Positions 1 through 8,981 of a DNA stretch of 36,310 nucleotides are shown here, piece by piece. The notes under the pieces were generated by a model that was given only the letters and a program-made list of their open reading frames with translations, ran no database searches and was not told the DNA's origin. Within the stretch, counting starts at the first letter, position 1. Every line of letters starts with the position of its first letter. Source of the stretch: Elusimicrobiota bacterium. Lineage in GTDB: Bacteria; Elusimicrobiota; Elusimicrobia; O2-12-FULL-59-9. Where the stretch lies: NCBI GenBank assembly GCA_016206405.1, contig JACQRQ010000268.1, positions 1 through 36,310 of the forward strand. Direction: 5' to 3'. The position numbers and the translations under genes are program-made.

Positions 1-1
1 C

Positions 2-3000
2 TGCAAGGCCAAGGATATATACGGCAATCAGGCATCCCACCGCTGGGACCCGCGCTGCTGTGGCAAGGGTCTAAGCATGATACGACGGGTTTACGGAACC
101 CACAGGGTCCAGTACCCCTCCGTCAGGAAGGGTTTCAAGGAGTGGGCGGACGCCGGCTATCCTCGCGAGTCCGATGGGCGCATGCCGGAGAAATTCCGCT
201 CCCGCGGCAAGGATCACTTCGTTCGCGTCGGCTGGGACGAGGCTTTCCTGATGGTCGCCAAGACCTTGGACAACGTGGCCAGGGCTTATGACGGCGACCC
301 GGGCAAGGACCTGTTGCTCAAGCAAGGCTACGATCCGGAGATGGTGACGGCCATGAAGGGGTCCGGCGTCCAGACCCTAAAATTCCGCGGCGGCATGCCG
401 CTCTTGGGAGCCACCCGCGTGATGGGGTTTTACCGCTTCGCCAACTCGATAGCTCTGCTCGACGCGAAGATCCGCGGCGTCGGTCCCGACAAGGCGGTCG
501 GCGGGCGCGGCTGGGACAACTACTCCTGGCATACGGATCTGCCGCCGGGCCACACCATGGCCTGCGGGCACCAGACCATCGACTTCGATCTGGCCAATGC
601 CGAGAACGCCAAGCTCATCGTCTGCATCGGAATGAACTGGATTTCGACCAAGATGCCCGACGCCCATTGGCTGACCGAGGCGCGCCTGAAAGGGACGAAG
701 ATCGTCACCGTCGCCGCCGAGTACCAATCAACCTCCAACAAGGCCGATCGCGTCATCATCGTGCGCCCCGGCTCGGACCCGGCCTACGCGCTGGGTCTAG
801 CCAACGTGATATTCCAGGAAAGGTTGTGGGACGACGACTTCGTCAAGGGCCACACGGACCTCCCGCTGCTTGTGCGCGCCGACACGCTCAAGCTCCTGAA
901 GCCGACCGAGATATTCCCCGGTTACCAGAACGCCGAGCTTAAGAACACCCAGCTCCTGGCGGAGGGCGAGAAGGCGCCGCCCGCTGGAGCCCAAGACCGT
1001 CAGGTCGTCAAGAAGAGCCTTCGAGAAGAGTGGGGCGATTTTCTGGCCTGGGATTTCGCCAAAAAAGCGCCGGTCGTGGTCACTCGCGACAACGCCGGCC
1101 AGGCGGGCGATTACGCCCTGGAAGGGACCTTCACGGTCAAGCTTTTGGACGGCCAGGCCGTTCGAGTTCGCCCCGTCTTCGATATGGTCCGCGAGCACGC
1201 CTCGCACTTCACCCCCGAGGTCGTCGCCGAGATCTGCCACACCGATCCGGAGGGCGTGCGGTGGCTGGCTCGCGAGATCGCCAAGAACAAGGAGAAGACC
1301 CTCGTCGCCTACGGCATGGGACCCAACCACTTCTTCAATAACGACCTCAAGGACCGCACCGGCTTTTTGGTGTGCTCGCTGACCCGCAACATCGGCTTTC
1401 ACGGCGGCAACATCGGCTCCTACGCGGGGAACTACCGCGGGGCCTATTTCAACGGCTTGCCGCTCTACATCGGAGAGGACCCATTCCAGCCCGAGCTTGA
1501 CCCGAAAGCCAAGCCCCACTACAAGACCTATTACACTCAGGAATCGGCGCACTACTACAACTACGGAGACCGGCCCCTGCGCGTGGGCAACAAGGTCTTT
1601 ACGGGCAAGAGCCACATGCCGACCCCGACCAAGACGATGTGGTTTGGCAACGGAAACTCGATCTTGGGCAACATCAAGTGGCATCACGATGTGGTCATGA
1701 ACACGCTGCCGAAAATAGAGATGATCGTGGTCAACGATTGGTGGTGGACGGCCTCGTGCGAGTACGCCGACGTGGTCTTTCCGGCGGACTCTTGGGCCGA
1801 GATGAAGTTGCCGGACATGACGGCGGCAGTCACCAACCCCTTCCTACAGATGTTCCCCGTGACGCCGCTCAAGCGGCTGCACGACAGCCGGGGCGACGCC
1901 GAGATTTTGGCGGGGGTGGGCGAAGCGATGGCCAAGGTCACCGGCGACCGGCGCTTCGTGGACTACTGGAAGTTCGTCCACGAGGGGAAAGTCGAGGTAT
2001 ACTTGCAGAGGATCGCCGACAACTCGACCGCGCTCAAGGGTTTCGACATCAAGACTCTCCATGAGAACTGCAAAAAAGGCATCCCCGCCCTCTTGATGAC
2101 CCGGACCTACCCCAAGATCATGGGCTGGGAACAGTCCAATGAAAAGCGGCCCCACTACACAAAGAGCGGGCGCATCGAACTCTACCGTGATGAGCCCGAA
2201 TTCATCGAGTACGGAGAGAATCTGCCCGTTCACCGCGAGCCGGTGGACGGCACGCCCTACGAGCCCAACATCATCGTCTGCGGCGCCAAGGAACTCATCC
2301 GGCCTGCCGGCCCCGAGGTCTATGGGCTCAGCCGCGATGATCTCTCGGTTGAAGTTCGCCAGGTCCGCAACGTGGTGGTTTCCCCTAAGGACGTTGCCAA
2401 GACTTCCCACCCGGGCAAGAAGATCGGCCTCTCCTTGGTCTATATCACCCCCAAATACCGCCATGGAACCCACAGCACCTCGGCTGACACGGACATTCAG
2501 TCCGTCCTGTTCGGGCCCTTTGGGGACCTGCACCGCCGCGACAAGCGCATGCCGTGGGTCGGCGAAGGCTACGTGGACTTAAATCCCGAAGATGCGAAGG
2601 AACTGGGAATACAAGACGGGGATTACGTCTGGATCGACGCGGACCCCAGCGACCGACCTTTTCGCGGCTGGCAGGACAAGCCGGAAGACATGAAAGTCCA
2701 CCGCGCCAAGATGCGCGCCCGCTACTACTGGGGCATCCCGCGCGGCATCGCGCGCTCGTGGTTTCACATGTTCGTAGCTACTTACGGGTCGGTGGAAGGT
2801 CACGAGAATAGACCCGACAAACTGGCGCGCAACCCCCGCACGGGGTACCAGGCCATGTTCCGCTATGGGAGCCACCAATCAGCCACGCGGGCGTGGCTGA
2901 GACCCACCTGCATGACCGAAACCTTGGCGCGCAAGGATTACTTCGGACAGACCATCGGGAAGGGCTTCGCCAACGACATCCACTGTACCGTCGGCGCTCC

Positions 3001-3148
3001 TAAGGAATCCTTCGTCAAGATCACGAAGTCCGAGGATGGGGGCAACGGCATGGCGCTCTGGAAACCGGCGGCCGAGGGCTATCGCCCGGGCTATGAGAGC
3101 GAGGCCATGAAAAAGTACCTCAGGGGCCAGTTCGTGACGAAGGCGTGA
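2..3148 (+). CDS. nxrA: Type II DMSO-reductase-family molybdoenzyme alpha subunit (periplasmic-type nitrite oxidoreductase/nitrate reductase alpha), 5'-truncated by the window edge
   Basis: Frame is open from base 2 ([25 protein letters not shown] then MIRRVYG), so the true start lies upstream. PRCCGKG is the position of the last FS0 Cys; [15 protein letters not shown] carries the Mo-ligand Asp (NarG WYCDLPP equivalent); [11 protein letters not shown] and [10 protein letters not shown] motifs present. Followed by beta subunit and chaperone. The symbol denotes family, not reaction direction. Confidence 0.88.
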   Translation, partial: CKAKDIYGNQASHRWDPRCCGKGLSMIRRVYGTHRVQYPSVRKGFKEWADAGYPRESDGRMPEKFRSRGKDHFVRVGWDEAFLMVAKTLDNVARAYDGDPGKDLLLKQGYDPEMVTAMKGSGVQTLKFRGGMPLLGATRVMGFYRFANSIALLDAKIRGVGPDKAVGGRGWDNYSWHTDLPPGHTMACGHQTIDFDLANAENAKLIVCIGMNWISTKMPDAHWLTEARLKGTKIVTVAAEYQSTSNKADRVIIVRPGSDPAYALGLANVIFQERLWDDDFVKGHTDLPLLVRADTLKLLKPTEIFPGYQNAELKNTQLLAEGEKAPPAGAQDRQVVKKSLREEWGDFLAWDFAKKAPVVVTRDNAGQAGDYALEGTFTVKLLDGQAVRVRPVFDMVREHASHFTPEVVAEICHTDPEGVRWLAREIAKNKEKTLVAYGMGPNHFFNNDLKDRTGFLVCSLTRNIGFHGGNIGSYAGNYRGAYFNGLPLYIGEDPFQPELDPKAKPHYKTYYTQESAHYYNYGDRPLRVGNKVFTGKSHMPTPTKTMWFGNGNSILGNIKWHHDVVMNTLPKIEMIVVNDWWWTASCEYADVVFPADSWAEMKLPDMTAAVTNPFLQMFPVTPLKRLHDSRGDAEILAGVGEAMAKVTGDRRFVDYWKFVHEGKVEVYLQRIADNSTALKGFDIKTLHENCKKGIPALLMTRTYPKIMGWEQSNEKRPHYTKSGRIELYRDEPEFIEYGENLPVHREPVDGTPYEPNIIVCGAKELIRPAGPEVYGLSRDDLSVEVRQVRNVVVSPKDVAKTSHPGKKIGLSLVYITPKYRHGTHSTSADTDIQSVLFGPFGDLHRRDKRMPWVGEGYVDLNPEDAKELGIQDGDYVWIDADPSDRPFRGWQDKPEDMKVHRAKMRARYYWGIPRGIARSWFHMFVATYGSVEGHENRPDKLARNPRTGYQAMFRYGSHQSATRAWLRPTCMTETLARKDYFGQTIGKGFANDIHCTVGAPKESFVKITKSEDGGNGMALWKPAAEGYRPGYESEAMKKYLRGQFVTKA

Positions 3149-3174
3149 GTATTCATACATGAGGAGGCGCTGAT

Positions 3175-4293
3175 ATGCCCGAGGTTCCCAACTGGCAGCT
3201 CAAAAGGGATATGGCTTACAAATACGAGGCCAAGCCTCCCAAGAGGCAGATCGCCTACGTCTTCGACACCAATAAGTGCATCGCCTGCCAGACGTGCACG
3301 GTCGCATGCAAAACGACCTGGACCTCCGGAGAGGGGCAGGAGCACATGTTTTGGAACAACGTGGAATCCAAACCCTTCGGCTTCTACCCTCTGGCCTACG
3401 ACGTCAAAATTCTTGAGAAACTGGCGCGACAGACATGGGACGGCGAACAGTACGCCGGCGACACCATTTTCGAGGCGGCGCCGGAGGGCGAGGAGGTGCT
3501 CGGCTACACGCCCGACCCCGACGACTGGTCCCGTCCGAACCTGGGCGAGGACGAGGTCAACGCCCCGGTGGACGCCAACAAGAACATGTCCGTACCGCAC
3601 GATCGCTGGATGTTCTATCTGGCCCGTATCTGTAATCACTGCTCCTACCCCGCCTGCCTGGCCGCTTGTCCCCGCAATGCCATCTATAAGAGACCGGAGG
3701 ACGGCATCGTGCTCATCGATCAGGCGCGATGCCGCGGCTATCAAAAATGCGTAGCGGCCTGTCCCTACAAGAAGCCGATGTTCAACCCGAACACGGGCAG
3801 ATCTGAAAAATGCATCGCCTGCTATCCGCTGATCGAAAAGGGGATCGCCCCGCGTTGCGTGCAGACCTGCATCGGCAAGATCCGCATGACCGGCTTTATC
3901 AACCCGCCGGAGAAGGCGGACGCAAACAACCCCATGGACTATCTGGTGCACGTGCAGAGGGCAGCCCTCCCGCTCATGCCGCAGCTGGGCACGCTGCCCA
4001 ACGTCTATTACATCCCTCCCATCCACGTCGATACGGACTACTTGAGCCAGATGTTCGGTCCCGGCGTGAAGCATGCCGTGGCGACCTATAAGGCGCAGGA
4101 CCCAAAGACCGTCGGGCTGCTGAGTCTCTTCGGGAGCACGGACCACTGGGTCGACCGCTTCACCGTGGAGAATGGGGAAGCCGCGGCCTACCAGAACGGC
4201 AAGGAACTGGTCCGGGTTCCGGTCACGGAGCCCGTGGTTTTCCGGGTGCTCAAGGACGAGAAGCTCGACATTATCCGTCACAGCGTGACATAG
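3175..4293 (+). CDS. nxrB: Fe-S beta subunit of nitrite oxidoreductase/nitrate reductase
   Basis: Four Cys groups: CIACQTCTVAC, CNHCSYPACLAAC, CRGYQKCVAAC (3Fe-4S type) and CIAC..CVQTC. N-terminus MPEVPNWQL and WNNVESKP resemble periplasmic NxrB. GAGGAGG RBS upstream. Confidence 0.9.
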   Translation: MPEVPNWQLKRDMAYKYEAKPPKRQIAYVFDTNKCIACQTCTVACKTTWTSGEGQEHMFWNNVESKPFGFYPLAYDVKILEKLARQTWDGEQYAGDTIFEAAPEGEEVLGYTPDPDDWSRPNLGEDEVNAPVDANKNMSVPHDRWMFYLARICNHCSYPACLAACPRNAIYKRPEDGIVLIDQARCRGYQKCVAACPYKKPMFNPNTGRSEKCIACYPLIEKGIAPRCVQTCIGKIRMTGFINPPEKADANNPMDYLVHVQRAALPLMPQLGTLPNVYYIPPIHVDTDYLSQMFGPGVKHAVATYKAQDPKTVGLLSLFGSTDHWVDRFTVENGEAAAYQNGKELVRVPVTEPVVFRVLKDEKLDIIRHSVT

Positions 4294-4302
4294 GGGGAGG
4301 AG

Positions 4303-4896
4303 ATGAAAGCGACGACGACTTACGCAGCCTGCCCGCCGAAAGCCTTGGGCCTGCGCTTGGCCGCGGCCGGTTTCCAGTATCCGGATGCGGCATGGCGCCG
4401 GCGCTTCGCGGCGCTGCTTGCCGAGTGCCGCAACGCCTCCGCCGTCGCCCTCGAGGAGATCGACGGCTTGGAAACGGAACTTGCGTCGAGCGCCCCCGAC
4501 GGCCTGGAGGCGGAGCATTTCCGTTTGTTCGGCCCCGCTCCGGCGTGCCCGCTCGACTTGGCCCACCACATCAGTCCCAATCCCTTCAACCAAGTTAAGA
4601 AGATCGCCGAGATCGCAGGTTTCTACAAGGCCTTCGGGGTAGAGTCGGAGGGGCGGGCGGACCATCTGCCCGCGGTGCTGGAGTTCATGGCTTATCTCCA
4701 GATCAAGTCCGCGCACGCCGCGACGAAGGGCTGGGACGAGCGGCGCCGGATCGCCGATGCGGCGGCGGCCTCGCTGCGGCGCGATATCGTCTCCAGGGCC
4801 TTGAACGCCTTCTCCGGCAAGCTGAAGAAGGCGGGCGCCGCGAAATTCTATCTGCGATTGGCGGCTTTAAGCCGCGCTCTAGGAGGTGCGTCGTGA
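4303..4896 (+). CDS. TorD/DmsD/NarJ-family molybdoenzyme maturation chaperone
   Basis: EHFRLF, IAGFYKAFG and RADHLPAVLEFMAYL (DH..ELEF-type) motifs; position in the operon; GGAGG RBS. Confidence 0.85.
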   Translation: MKATTTYAACPPKALGLRLAAAGFQYPDAAWRRRFAALLAECRNASAVALEEIDGLETELASSAPDGLEAEHFRLFGPAPACPLDLAHHISPNPFNQVKKIAEIAGFYKAFGVESEGRADHLPAVLEFMAYLQIKSAHAATKGWDERRRIADAAAASLRRDIVSRALNAFSGKLKKAGAAKFYLRLAALSRALGGAS

Positions 4897-5975
4897 AACG
4901 CTGCATTCTTTTCTTCTGTCTGGCGCTCGGCGCCGCCCCGTGCCGGGCGTGGGACCAGAACATCGAGTCCAAGGTTGTTCCGGCGATCTCTTCGGAGCCC
5001 GACGACCCGGCGTGGTCGAAAATCACGTCCGTGAGGGTGGTCCTGGCCCCCCAGAAGCTTCTCGCGCCCCAAGGCGGCGGCGCCGTTTCTTTCATCGATG
5101 TTCAAAGCGCCAGGACGTCAAAGGACGTCTATTTCCGCCTGCGCTGGCCGGATGCGACCAAGGACTCGAAATTCGAGTTGAGCGGACAGTTTGTGGACGC
5201 GGTGGCCGTGCAGTTTCCGCTTTTGCCAGACAGCATGCCTTCGCCCTTCATGGGAGAGAAAGGCAAGCCCGTCAATATTTGGCGCTGGAGCGCTGCCATG
5301 CAGGAGCCGCAGCGCTTCCCCACGGCCTACGCGGACTATCACCGGCCGGACGCGGTGGAAAAAACCATCCTCTATCCCACCCAGGCCGAAGACCTCGCGG
5401 CGGAAGGCTTCGGAACTTTGACCAAGCGAGAGCAGCGGAGCGTCAGCGCCAAAGGCATCTGGGCCGACGGCTTCTGGACCGCGGTGTTTAAGCGCAAATT
5501 GACCGTTCCCGATGGAACCGCATTTAAGAAAGGGACGGTTCTGCCCGTGGCCTTCGCGGTCTGGGACGGTTCGGGCAAGGAGCGCGACGGCGCCAAATCC
5601 TTCTCCGTATGGCACAACCTGCTTCTCGACCGGCCGGCTCCCGCGTTGGCCAAAAATCCCATTGAGCGCGGCCGCCGCGTCTATAACCGCTACGGCTGCG
5701 CGACCTGCCACGGACCCGCAGGCGAGGGCGGCGTTGCCAACCCGAATTCCCAAGTTGATCCCATCCCCCCTCTTAAGCGCGTGGCGGAAGGCTTCACGGA
5801 GGAGGAGATAAAAGCCGTCATTTTAAAGGGCCGAATGCCCGTGGCCAAGGACCCCAACGGCATCAAGCCGCGCCTATGGATGAACTCCTGGAAGGCCCTT
5901 ATGGACGAAGAGGAACTGCATGTGCTGGTGGATTATCTCTTCAGCCTCATGCCCAAAGAGGAAGAAGGCTGGTAG
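4893..5975 (+). CDS. Secreted gamma subunit: EbdC-like (DOMON) heme b domain fused to a C-terminal monoheme cytochrome c
   Basis: GTG start with AGGAGG RBS, overlapping the previous stop. Sec-type signal MKRCILFFCLALGAAPCRA. YFRLRWPD, DAVAVQFP..FMG (Met ligand) and AFAVWDG..ERDGAK (Lys ligand) motifs. CATCH heme c motif with candidate distal Met in LWMNSW. Confidence 0.85.
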   Translation: MKRCILFFCLALGAAPCRAWDQNIESKVVPAISSEPDDPAWSKITSVRVVLAPQKLLAPQGGGAVSFIDVQSARTSKDVYFRLRWPDATKDSKFELSGQFVDAVAVQFPLLPDSMPSPFMGEKGKPVNIWRWSAAMQEPQRFPTAYADYHRPDAVEKTILYPTQAEDLAAEGFGTLTKREQRSVSAKGIWADGFWTAVFKRKLTVPDGTAFKKGTVLPVAFAVWDGSGKERDGAKSFSVWHNLLLDRPAPALAKNPIERGRRVYNRYGCATCHGPAGEGGVANPNSQVDPIPPLKRVAEGFTEEEIKAVILKGRMPVAKDPNGIKPRLWMNSWKALMDEEELHVLVDYLFSLMPKEEEGW

Positions 5976-6042
5976 GGTTCCTGGATAATAACTTTTTTGG
6001 CGCAAACGCGCATGTTAAGAGGTAACGGAGAGGTGCAAACCA

Positions 6043-6246
6043 ATGCTGCCTAACATAGGAATGGGCGAATTGCTGGTGATATCAGCCATCGCGCTCCTGC
6101 TTTTTGGAGCCAAACGGCTGCCGGAAGTCGCCCGCGGGCTCGGAAAGTCCGTCAACGCCTTCAAACAGGGGCTTAAAGAAATTTCCAGCGGCGCGGAGGA
6201 GACTCCGGCGCCCAAGCCGCTTCCACAGGAAGAGAAGAAAGCGTAA
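6043..6246 (+). CDS. tatA: Twin-arginine translocase subunit TatA/E
   Basis: IGMGELLVISAIALLLFGAKRLPEVARGLGKSVNAFKQG is the canonical TatA TM-FG-amphipathic helix; GGAGAGG RBS. Confidence 0.95.
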   Translation: MLPNIGMGELLVISAIALLLFGAKRLPEVARGLGKSVNAFKQGLKEISSGAEETPAPKPLPQEEKKA

Positions 6247-6269
6247 CGCCGGAATCGGAGGGCGCAAAG

Positions 6270-7373
6270 ATGCCCGGGATGACCAGGCAGGAGCTCGCCG
6301 TGATCGCTCCGGAACAGGCTCTTCAAAAAATATTGGACCACGCTCAGCCGCTCGAGGCTGAACCCGCGGCGCTGGCCCAATGCGCCGGCCGGATTCTGGC
6401 CCAGGATTTGTCGGCCGGGGAAAATCTTCTCCGGCCCGGCGAAAACATCCTCCGCCGCGCGGAAGATGTGCGGCGCAGCGATCTCCTGCTCAAAAAGGGG
6501 AGCCTCCTGCGCCCGTATGAAATCGCGCTTTTGGCCGCCCAGGGCTTTGAAATGGTGCCCGTGATTCGCAGGCCGATCGTGGCCATATTGGCCACGGGCG
6601 ATGAGCTCATCGATGCTTCAAAGCCGCTGTCTCGGGGAAAAATCCGAAACTGCAACGGTCCCGCCATCTCCGGCGCGCTTTCAAGGTGGAATCTCGCCTC
6701 GATGGACCTCGGCATCTCCCGCGATGACCCCGACGAGCTGGAGGCCGCGCTAAAGCCGGCCTTGGCGCGGGCGGATGTCGTCGTGATTTCCGGATGCGCT
6801 TCGGTGGGAGACTTCGACCACGCCAAGAGCGCGCTGCGCCGGCTTGGGGCCGAGGATATTTTCTGGAAGCTGGCCATCAAGCCGGGCGAACCCTTTTTAT
6901 TCGCCGTGCATCGCTCCAAACCCGGCGGCCCCCTGCGCAGCCCCAGGCGCAGTGCCCTGGGACCCAGAAGCCCCAGAGGGGCGTGGGGAGCTTCGGGGAC
7001 CATGAATCGCCGGAGGCGCGGCGGCCGCCCGTTGCCCATCTTTGGGCTTCCGGGAAATCCCGTCGCCGCTCTCATTTGCCTGGAGGAGTTCATTCGGCCG
7101 GCGCTGGAAAAAATGCAGGGCTACGCGCCGAAACACCCAAGTTATCACCTGCGGGCTAGAGCCGTCAACGGCTATGACAAGCCCTCCGACCGACGGGAAT
7201 ATCTTTTCTGCCGGGCTAGCTTGGGCGATGGGGACTTTAAACTTCACATCCTCCGGCAGCACGGCGCCGCCATGATGGGCGCCGCCTGCTCGGCCAACGC
7301 TCTTGCCGCCGCTCCTCCGGGAGGCGGCCGCATCCAACCGGGGGATTGGCTGCCGTTCCGGTGGCTGAAATAG
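6270..7373 (+). CDS. moeA: MoeA-like molybdopterin molybdotransferase, internally deleted and carrying an in-frame insertion (possibly non-functional)
   Basis: GRILAQD, GENI..EDV, VAILATGDEL, IKPG and FGLPGNP motifs present; the usual PPF..SAMDGYA...TGA..P..ADAV segment is absent. Confidence 0.8.
   Translation: MPGMTRQELAVIAPEQALQKILDHAQPLEAEPAALAQCAGRILAQDLSAGENLLRPGENILRRAEDVRRSDLLLKKGSLLRPYEIALLAAQGFEMVPVIRRPIVAILATGDELIDASKPLSRGKIRNCNGPAISGALSRWNLASMDLGISRDDPDELEAALKPALARADVVVISGCASVGDFDHAKSALRRLGAEDIFWKLAIKPGEPFLFAVHRSKPGGPLRSPRRSALGPRSPRGAWGASGTMNRRRRGGRPLPIFGLPGNPVAALICLEEFIRPALEKMQGYAPKHPSYHLRARAVNGYDKPSDRREYLFCRASLGDGDFKLHILRQHGAAMMGAACSANALAAAPPGGGRIQPGDWLPFRWLK
6923..7026. mobile_element. 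Putative 96-bp MITE/palindromic-element insertion in moeA with 8-bp direct repeat CGGCGGCC
   Basis: CGGCGGCC at 6923-6930 and 7019-7026 (96 bp apart). Internal inverted repeats CTGCGC/GCGCAG, CCCAGG/CCTGGG and GAAGC-CCCA/TGGG-GCTTC. Removal restores SKPGGRPLPIFGLPGNP. Confidence 0.5.
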
Positions 7374-7376
7374 GCC

Positions 7377-8000
7377 ATGCTGCGCAATGTGACGGGCGTG
7401 ATATTGGCGGGCGGACTCAGCCGCCGCTTTGGCTCCAACAAAGCCTTGGCGCCTTGGGGTGGTAAAAAGCTCGTGGAGCATATGGCGGCCAAGCTCTCCC
7501 CGCTTTTTCCGGAAGTTATGGTTTTGGCAAAAAACCGCGGCGACTATGGGTTTCTACGCGGCGTCAATGTGCGCGTGGAAGCGGATTTGCTGCCTGAAAA
7601 CCACCCTCTGGGAGGAATCTATTCCGCCTTGTCGCTTGCCGGAACGAAATCCGTCTTTGTCTGCGGCTGCGACATGCCTCTGCTCGACCCGGAGCTGGTC
7701 CGTCGTTTGTGGAAAGCCGGCCGGCGCCATGACGCCGCGGTCCCCGTGTGGAATTTAAGGCTTGAGCCGCTTTGCGGAATCTACTCGAGAAACTGCGCGC
7801 CGGCCATAGACGCCATGCTGCGGGAAGGCTGCTTCAAGATTCAAGAGCTTTTCAACCGGGTGCGCACCCGGTTTTTTCTGCATGAGGAAGTGCAGGCGGT
7901 CGATCCCGCCGGACTCTCTTTCATGGATGTCGACACCCGTGAAGATTTCAAGCGCGTTGGAAAAGCGCGGCGCGAGGCGGCCGCGATTTATGCCCGTTGA
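7377..8000 (+). CDS. mobA: Molybdenum cofactor guanylyltransferase
   Basis: GVILAGGLSRRFGSNKAL, PLGGIYSAL, CDMP and EPLCGIYS motifs. Confidence 0.93.
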   Translation: MLRNVTGVILAGGLSRRFGSNKALAPWGGKKLVEHMAAKLSPLFPEVMVLAKNRGDYGFLRGVNVRVEADLLPENHPLGGIYSALSLAGTKSVFVCGCDMPLLDPELVRRLWKAGRRHDAAVPVWNLRLEPLCGIYSRNCAPAIDAMLREGCFKIQELFNRVRTRFFLHEEVQAVDPAGLSFMDVDTREDFKRVGKARREAAAIYAR

Positions 8001-8979
8001 TTCTTTCAACCGGCGCATCGACTACCTGCGCCTCTCGGCGACGGATCGCTGCAACCTGCGCTGCCTCTATTGCCTTCCGGAGTTCTACGCGCGTTTTGCG
8101 CCGGCCGAAGAGCTTTTAAGCCACTTGGAAATTGAGGAATTGGCGGCCTGCTTCGCGGAGCTGGGCGTTTCCAAAATCCGCGTCACCGGAGGCGAACCCC
8201 TGGTGCGCCCGGCCATCGCAGACTTGATCGGCCGTCTGGCGAAGCTGCGCGGCGTTTCGGAAGTCTCCCTGAGCACCAACGGGATTCTGCTCGCTCCGCT
8301 GGCCCGGGAGTTGGCGCAGGCGGGCCTAAAAAGAGTCAACATCAGCTTGGACACTCTGCGGCCGGAGCGCTTCAGGCAAATCACGCGGTTTGGGAAGCTG
8401 GCGGCGGTGCTGGAGGGCGTGGAGGCCGCCCTCAAGGCGGGCCTCAACCCCGTGAAGCTCAATGTCGTCGTGGCGCGCGGGATGAACGCCGATGAGATCG
8501 GCGAATTCGTCGAGTTGACGCGGTCGCTGCCGCTGCACGTGCGATTCATCGAGCTCATGCCTATGGGAGAAACGGGCTTTTTTTCCGAAGAAAGGCGAGT
8601 GCCCCTCCAAGAGATGATGGAGCGGGCAGCCCCGCTCAGGGCCCTGGGCCCGGACGAGCGCCCCGTGGGCCATGGGCCCGCGCGCTACTACCGCAGGCCG
8701 GGAGCGCAGGGGACCGTGGGCTTTATCAGCCCCTTGAGCTGCGGCTTCTGCTCTGCCTGCAACCGCGTGCGCCTGACGGCCAGGGGAGTTCTGGTTCCCT
8801 GCCTGGACGCCTCTGAAGGCACGGACCTGCGCCAAGCGCTGCGCGATAAAGCCGGGCGCGCCCATCTTCAGAAGCTGATCTTAAGCGTCATTGAAAATAA
8901 ACCCCGGCGGCACTCGATGCTTGAAAGAGCCGCCGGCCTCTCTCCGAACCCGAGGTTCATGTGCCAAATCGGGGGTTGA
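7990..8979 (+). CDS. moaA: GTP 3',8-cyclase
   Basis: DSFNRRIDYLRLSATDRCNLRCLYC, TGGEPL, FIELMP, FCSACNRVRLT..C and terminal IGG. Start placed at ATG 7990, overlapping the mobA end, rather than 7882. Confidence 0.95.
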   Translation: MPVDSFNRRIDYLRLSATDRCNLRCLYCLPEFYARFAPAEELLSHLEIEELAACFAELGVSKIRVTGGEPLVRPAIADLIGRLAKLRGVSEVSLSTNGILLAPLARELAQAGLKRVNISLDTLRPERFRQITRFGKLAAVLEGVEAALKAGLNPVKLNVVVARGMNADEIGEFVELTRSLPLHVRFIELMPMGETGFFSEERRVPLQEMMERAAPLRALGPDERPVGHGPARYYRRPGAQGTVGFISPLSCGFCSACNRVRLTARGVLVPCLDASEGTDLRQALRDKAGRAHLQKLILSVIENKPRRHSMLERAAGLSPNPRFMCQIGG

Positions 8980-8981
8980 CC

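Noticed and set aside
77-79. ATG at 77 as the alpha-subunit start
   Set aside because: The frame is open to the window edge and encodes the conserved PRCCGKG segment upstream of it.
3091-4716. 541-aa minus-strand ORF
   Set aside because: Antisense shadow of nxrB and the chaperone in GC-rich DNA; no recognisable motifs.
2-5100. Impression of different codon usage (AAG/TTC-rich) in nxrAB suggesting horizontal transfer
   Set aside because: Not quantified and equally explained by high expression; no integrase or boundary repeats seen.
7882-7989. N-terminal extension of MoaA; likewise the extensions at 19922 and 20520 for the methyltransferases
   Set aside because: They overlap upstream genes extensively; family-like sequence begins at the later starts.
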